64,000 bases of DNA from Octopus vulgaris (lineage: Eukaryota), in the NCBI GenBank assembly GCA_951406725.2, contig CATOCA020000001.1, positions 1,240,001 through 1,304,000 of the forward strand, written 5' to 3'. Below the pieces are notes generated by a model that had not been told where the DNA came from, did no database searches, and saw nothing but the letters and a program-made list of their open reading frames with translations. A program made the translations under genes and the position numbers. Positions 56,770 through 64,000 of the stretch are shown here, in pieces. Position 1 is the first letter of the stretch, and the number at the start of each line of letters is the position of its first letter.

Positions 56770-57480
56770 TTGAGGTGAGATGCTGGAATCTTTCTATTTC
56801 TCTGAGATTTTCCCGGAGGCTGTAACTTCATAAATTCCAATTCAATCCGTACACTTCGGTAAATTTCTTATTTACTTTTGCAACGTTTTGTGTTTTGTTT
56901 TTGTTGTTGTTGACGGAATTACTGATAAATGTAAGTTCATAATTTACTGACAGGAGTAACTTCAAACATTTCACTTAAACCCGCGCACATGTTAATTTCC
57001 CTAAAAATTTCTTATTTACTTTTGCGGCGGTTTTTTTTATCTGTTGTTAATGGCTTTTTTCTGGTTCCTTCGATACTGGCACTTTGGTTCAGTAAGTGAC
57101 AAATTTCGCTTCAACACGTACAATTCTTTATTCTCCGTAAAACTATCTTGTTAATGTTCTGCTCGTCGTATTAAGAAATATAATTTTCGTTACCCAGTTA
57201 TTTTCATTGTTTACTATCTTCTGCACTCGTGTATTTCTGTATAACCATGCCTAGAAGGAAGGTGTCAAATTTGTCTAAAATGTGAAGCTAAAACCAAAAG
57301 TATGTCTCTGTCCAAGGAAAGAGAAACAGCTGCAGAAAGGGAAGCATGCCAAGAAACGAACAGACTGTGCACTACGAAAAAACAGAACTAGAGCATCTCA
57401 GAGTGAGGAACAGAGGTATACACGGCTGACAAGGAATAAGATCTCCACTGCAGAGAGACAAGGAATAAGATCTCCACTAA
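56770..57480 (+). mobile_element. Possible 5' fragment of another Helitron
   Basis: MPRRKVSNLS start at 57247 and RASQSEEQR repeat-like peptide resemble RepHel N-termini. Confidence 0.45.
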
Positions 57481-57933
57481 TTACATTTATTTTTGACTGA
57501 GTATTCGTTTTCCTCTCCTCCCTATTTTCTTTCTTCTTTCTCTTCTACTACTTTCTTTTCCCTCTAAGCAGTTATGAAAGCGAAAGCTCATTAGGTCACT
57601 TTATCTAAAGAGGAACGCAAGACTTCCTCGTTCATATTTGAATCTTTTGCATGTCTGCAGTCTTATTTGTATTTTATTCGTTCCCCAACTAGATGGCGAT
57701 ATAACAACATGCCAGATGACACTCGAAATCTTTAGTCACACACAACTTTATCGATGTGCCTGATGGGATCCAGACTGATCGATGCAGCACAACACGTTGA
57801 ACAGAGTCCCACACATAAAGGACAATAGCAAGACGGGTCGAAACGAAAGTTGTACAGAATAAAATTTAATACCAGATCCATCATTTCGTTACTTAATATA
57901 ATTATGTATACACAAATACATAAACCCGCAAAC

Positions 57934-57979
<46 letters not shown>

Positions 57980-58115
57980 ATATATATATATATATATATG
58001 CGTGTTTGTGTGTATATATACATAATTATATATATATTTATATATATATATATATAATACTATTTTTGTTCCACTTCTTCGCGCTGTTGTGGTTTTTTGT
58101 GCTTTGTTGTTTAGA

Positions 58116-58171
<56 letters not shown>

Positions 58172-58174
<3 letters not shown>

Positions 58175-60060
58175 GCTGGGTCAACCTGTGAAACCCACCG
58201 ACAAAGCAATTTTCTAGACATCCTACTGAAACCCTTGCTGAAATACATCAAAAGTTTCATTAGAAAAAGCAATTAATGAAGAGGCAATATTGGTTTCCCT
58301 CGATGTTATCAATCTTTACACCAACATCCCCATGACTTTGGAATAAAAGCAATTAAATTCTGGTTGAAAAAGTACTCGCGAAATGCATAAATAGATTTTT
58401 ATAATTGAATCCTTAAAATTTATACTTCAGAACAATTATTTTCTATTTGATGACACATACTATCGTCAGAAATGCGGACGTGCGATGGGGACGAAAGCAG
58501 CTCCTGTTCTTGCGAACCTAATAATGGGTTATTTTGAATTCACCTTATATGAAGTATCACTTCAGAAATATTGTTACCCATTTTACCTCTACATAGAGAA
58601 AATTGGAAGAGATACCTAGATGACTGCTTTATCATCTGGAAGGAGAACATCGACAAACTCTTGGATTTCAAATCAACACTAAATGACATTAGCAGTAACA
58701 TTCAATTCACAATGGAATATAACAAAGAACAAGTCCCAGTTTTAGACGTCATGATAAGAAAAGTTAACAATGAAATCATAACTGACATTTATCATAAACC
58801 AACTGATTTAAAACAATATCTTCTCTTTAACTCGTGCCACCCGAAACACATCAAAGTAAACATCCCTTTCAATTTGGCAAACAGGTTCTGCACAATAGTG
58901 CCTGATAGAACAACTCGGGACCTTCGTCTTCAAGACCTCAAAACAATACTTATTGAAAGACAATATCCACCCTCACTTATCGACGAAAGAATTAAACGTG
59001 CCAAACAATTAGAACGAAAACACTAAGAACAACAAAGCATTAGAAAACAACTCAACTCAAAGCATTACTATTTATATCAACTCACAACCACAGAAACAGT
59101 GAGGCATTCACCACTATTGTGCAAACTCTTCCTTTGCTAAATAGAGATTCAAAAAGGAACGACAACCTGAAAACACAGAAACTCATAAAATGCAAAAACA
59201 AGACAAATTGCTAAAGAGACTACTAACAAACGCGAAGCTTTACAAAGCAACCAAAAAAACCAACGGTTGAAAAATGTGGACGCCCAAACTGTGGAACCTG
59301 CCCCAACCTGCTTGAAGGCTCGGACTTCCTTTTCAAAAAAGGACAGAGGTTCACAATTAAAACTAGTTTCACTTGTGCATCTGAGAACCTAATTCATGTA
59401 ATAACCTGCTCGGGTTGAGGACACCACTATATTGGACAAACGAGTATGCCCTTGAGAAAGAGAACCACTCTAAATAAAGGGCAAATCCGTTTCCCGGAAT
59501 ACAGACAAATTCCTTTCAGTGAACATATAGAAACATGTGCAGGTAACATCAAACCAAATTCCACACTCTTCCCTTTCTACCAGTGCAAAGACGCAATCTC
59601 TCAACCAGAGCGTTTAAATAAAGAAACTTTTTTCATTGAAAATACAAGAAAACGCCTTAATATCCAGGCATAACCAACTGTTATCTTTTTATATATTTCA
59701 ATTCACGGTTACATCACTGTACATAAATCTCCTACTAAACAAGGTTTTTGAAACTTGTCTGTCTGTACTCCTATATAATCCGCACCCATTACCGAAAGCT
59801 GAACCGTTATCTCCCTTTCCCACAACAATAACATGAATAACGACAACCAATAACCGCCCTTTATTTATCCACTTGTAAAGTCATTCACTCGTGAATTTCA
59901 TCACACACAACATGGACAAAATTTCTTTCTAAGAAAAATATATATTCAAATAAGTAAAATATAATATCATGAATAGCGATATCGAAACCGGTCAATATAT
60001 TAAAAATTATATTAAAACTATGTAAGTGTGCGTATTTTCCTTTTTTAATTTCTTATATAC
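58172..60060 (+). mobile_element. 5'-truncated Penelope-like element (same family as 1215-3600)
   Basis: DVINLYTNIP, AMGTKAAP, RYLDDCF, SCHPKH and LIHVITCSG.GHHYIGQT (GIY-YIG). A 3' GAAA-CCGG-TC hammerhead remnant lies at 59984-59993. Confidence 0.9.
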
Positions 60061-60120
60061 ATGACAACTCACCACGTGGGGATAATCGAAATTCCTCTTT
60101 TCTGTTACTACAACTACTAC

Positions 60121-60181
<61 letters not shown>

Positions 60182-60187
60182 GTATAT

Positions 60188-60242
<55 letters not shown>

Positions 60243-60381
60243 ATATGAGAGGTAATATTGTCAAGGAGACCTAAATGTGTCAGTTAAAGCTAAGTAAGTC
60301 CTATGGACATGCAAATGAGGACTCCAACGTAGGTCATATATTAACATCGATATGTATAAAATTAAAAGAAGGAAATAAAGA

Positions 60382-60622
60382 TCCAAGGCTGTGAAAGATT
60401 TAAGAACATTTCTAAAGAGAAGACGTTACAGCTGTTTCCGGGATATTTATGTATCTCTTCATCGGAGACGGTGCGAGAAGATGGTTAAGCAATAGGTATT
60501 CTAGAATAACTATTGCTTAACCATTTTCTCACACCGATTTCGATGAAAGAATATATAAAATATCCCTGGAACAGCTGAAAGACCTCTCTATAAATGTTCT
60601 GTAATCTTTCACAGACTTGGAC
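60382..60622. repeat. Loop-less fold-back (~120-bp arms, centre TATTCTAGAATA) with a hammerhead-like motif in each arm
   Basis: Arms are mutual reverse complements about 60502/60503. The minus arm reads CCGATGA-AGAGAT..ATCCCG-GAAA-CAGCTG-TA; the plus arm is more degenerate. Confidence 0.88.
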
Positions 60623-60638
60623 ATTTATCTGATTCATT

Positions 60639-60670
<32 letters not shown>

Positions 60671-60690
60671 CACAAACACACACACACACG

Positions 60691-60724
<34 letters not shown>

Positions 60725-60929
60725 CATAAAAATACATATATGTATATATAAATGCAAGTGTATGTGGTTATCTATGATTGTTTACGAATTTCATTTTCAA
60801 ATTTCTCAATCCCGAATTATAGGTTGTCCATAAATAGTGAACCTGGACACAGACATAATCATTTTCTAGTTTCTTGGCCCGAGAAACAGTAGAATTACCC
60901 GATCAACGACAAGTATTACTGCTAGTATA

Positions 60930-60977
<48 letters not shown>

Positions 60978-60980
<3 letters not shown>

Positions 60981-61831
60981 GCGGTTGTATCAAAATTTCA
61001 CGGACAAACTCTATAGCGCGTCAACGCTTGGATGCACACAATTGCATACACGGTGAAGGCAAGCAATGACCTTCACGAAGTAGCATGCTGAGTAACATCG
61101 ATGTGTATACTTCACACGATGTGGAATTTGTATTTTCGTGATGACGTGTATGAACAGGACGTGTATGGAAGAATGAACCAACATGAAATTTTACGTAAAA
61201 ATTGGGAGGTCTGCTATAGAGAGATGGAGCATGCTTCAGCAAGATTCTAGCGATGAGACAATGGGTCGTACATAATGTTTCAAGTTCACAGGTGTACGAG
61301 AGAATGACAGCTTAATCAAGAGCATTTTCAATATTTTTTCTACATCGTTGGTATTGTGCATTGAGAATTCGACCCCCAAGTCCAAAAGAGGGATCAACAG
61401 CGATATTTTAGGGCTTTTCAAGGATGACATTCGAGAAAACTGACTGGGTTTGTGGTGCGCAAAGTATTGGAATTTTCACGACGACAATGCACTCTGTCAC
61501 TACACTCGTGGGTTTCTTGCCAAAAGCAACATGCTATCGCTTCCGTGCATGTCCTATTTGCCAGATTCAGCACCTGGTGACTTCCATCTCTTCCCCAAGA
61601 TGAAAATACGGTTCAATGATCGAGATCAATAGGAAATTTAACACCGTTGTTGAGATCAAGATGTCTTCAAGAGGCCGGATTCCAAAAGTGTCAAGAAAGC
61701 TGGATCGGGTATATTCGAAAAGCTTGGCGGTGTATTCCTGCACGAGGTGACTTTACCGAAGGAGATGAAGTTAATATAAGTTAGTTTTATTAAACATAAC
61801 TCATCCAGGAACATTACGATGCCACTTTGTA
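60978..61831 (+). mobile_element. Degenerate mariner-like element
   Basis: FHDDNA and YLPDSAPGDFHLFPKMK motifs; imperfect TA-flanked TIRs; paralogous to 40851-41618. Confidence 0.85.
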
Positions 61832-64000
61832 TGTATACGATGGGTTTCTTTTAGTTACCTTGAACAAATATACACGAGTTTGTTGTGCTGTAAGCCAGAG
61901 TACACGCAGTGGGACTGAATACAGTAGAAAATATTATATCACATTTATGCCAACACCTAATCGCATGTACATATATATATATATACAGGTTGCAACACGA
62001 AATTGTCACCATTACCTGTTTAATTTCGCGCATGCGCATTCTTTGTTTTTGACTTTTGTCGACCACTCAGTATAGTATGATCAGTTGGGTACCGTCTGTG
62101 AGAAAAACAGCACCATGGCGTAATTCACTCAGCCAGAAATTTTGGAAACGACATGCTGTACTGCTTGGCATTCGTGCCGAAATATCTAATATGAACATTT
62201 CAGAGTGTTTGGGTGTCAGTCTGAGGAATGTGCAATCCAAGGACATGTACTGAGACTGATAAAAATCAAACATCCAGTCAACATCATGGTGTTTGGAGTG
62301 ATCACTAGTGATGGTGACATTATGCTTTCATTCACAGTTTCATACTCAATACGGAGGCCTACATCAAGTGCCTGGAGAAGGTAGTGCTTCCCTGGAGCAA
62401 AGGGGTGGCTGATGGAAGATCCTATCTCTGGTAGCAGGAATCTGTACCATGCCATACAACCAGGAGAACCCAGCCATGGCTGTCAGAAAAATTCTGCGAC
62501 CACATCACCCCTAAAATCATGCCATCTAACTCCCCAGACTGGAACCCCCTTGATTATTATGCGTGGGGCGCAGTTGACTGAGAGGTCAGCAAAACCAATT
62601 GTAACATCAAAAATAAACTAAATGCAAGGATTATGGCAGTATTCACAAAATTAAACAAGGTGACCGTCGAGAGGAGTTGCAGGAGATTCCAAAGCTGACC
62701 GGAAGACGTGGTTGAAGCCAATAGCGAATTTATTGAATACATTTACTTTCAAGATATTTTTCTGTTATTTTGTGTGCGTGTGTGTGTGTGTGTGTGCGTG
62801 TGTGTGTATGTGTGTGTGTTTTGTGTGAGGATCCTCCTATAGATGATACACAAGATAGCAATCCCTCCACACTATCTATCAAAAACCGCATTATCCACAT
62901 ATGGAATGAAAAATTTAGAGCCAGAAAATCTTCTTTCTGGAATGCGATTAAAAACAACCACAAGGCAGAAATCTACGAACGCTGGTTAAACTCTACACCA
63001 ATAATTTTGCCTCATAAATTCCAATTTAAACATATTCCAAAGAAGCCGACATAGGAAGTGCGATAGTAGTGATGAATACAGAATACTACAAAAATTTAAT
63101 ACTTTCCATGTTGGAAAATAATACTTACTATGAGAAATTAATACATAACCCACGGAAAACACTGAAAAACCTGCCCTCCTTTTCTCCAAAATTAATGGAG
63201 GGGGTCTCACTAAACTTGAAATAGACTTTTTACCCAATTTTAAATACGGTCCTAGTCTAATCTACGGATTACCCAAAATACATAAAAATCCACACATTTG
63301 TGAAGCCTGCAAAGTCTCTACAAGCCTATGCATTAATGTCCCTCCCCCTACTGACCTCAAACTGAGACCCATCATAGCTGGCCCTTCTTGTGAAACCCAC
63401 CGTTTCATAACTTCCTCCACACCTTACTCAAAATGTTTTTTAAAAATATGTCAAAAAAATCATGTGAAAAGCTTTATCAGGGATGACCTAGACATGCCGA
63501 ACCACCTCTCGAATACATTGAAGGAAGGAACCCTGCTGGTATCTTTCGATGTGGTGAATCTGTACACCAATATCCCACACGACTATGGTATAGAAGCAAT
63601 CACATTCTGGTTAGAAAAATAACCAGAAGAGATCTCAGGACACATTTTCCACAGATTCATAATCGAAGCACTCAAATTCATCTTGCTGAACAACTATTTC
63701 ATATTCGATACAACTTACTATCGACAAAAATGTGGAATTGCAATGGGAACCAGAGCTGCTGCAGTGATTGCAAACCTTGTAATGGGTTACCTAGAACTTA
63801 ATTTATACCAATCATTAATACAAAAATATGGGGCCTCTTTTGATTGCTATTTAAAGGAGAACTGGATGAGGTATTTGGATGATTGCTTCATAATTTAGAA
63901 AGACAGCATGGACAAACTCCTTGATTTGAAAGTAATGTTAACAACATACATAGCAATATTTGATTCACTATGGAACACAATAGTAAACAACTTCCTTTTC
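61819..64000 (+). repeat. Segmental duplication copy D of 1-2378 (includes Tc1-like remnant 61986-62770 and Penelope-like RT 62831-64000)
   Basis: Colinear with copy A. Retains YGLPKIHK and RYLDDCF and lacks the Tc1 3' TIR. Confidence 0.95.

Overview
AT-rich, microsatellite-laden eukaryotic DNA, probably an octopus/coleoid cephalopod (inferred from the SINE sequences and repeat load; not verified). It is almost entirely decayed and nested transposable elements: Penelope-like elements (RT + GIY-YIG), L1/Tx1-type LINEs, two ORF1-only L1-like elements, an R4/Dong-like LINE in a (TAA)n tract, several Helitrons (one nested in another, one split by a Gypsy LTR element), Tc1/mariner and piggyBac-like remnants, and tRNA-derived SINEs. 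No intact host gene is visible; the only candidate is an isolated minus-strand first exon (13961-14062) next to a CRE motif. Two higher-order patterns stand out. First, about ten minimal hammerhead-ribozyme-like motifs (YYGANGA...GAAA-palindrome-UH), several in fold-back pairs beside (TA)n tracts. Second, an old segmental-duplication architecture: the window start recurs at 61819, and the same mariner/SINE junction appears four times. All coordinates and alignments were read by eye and are approximate.
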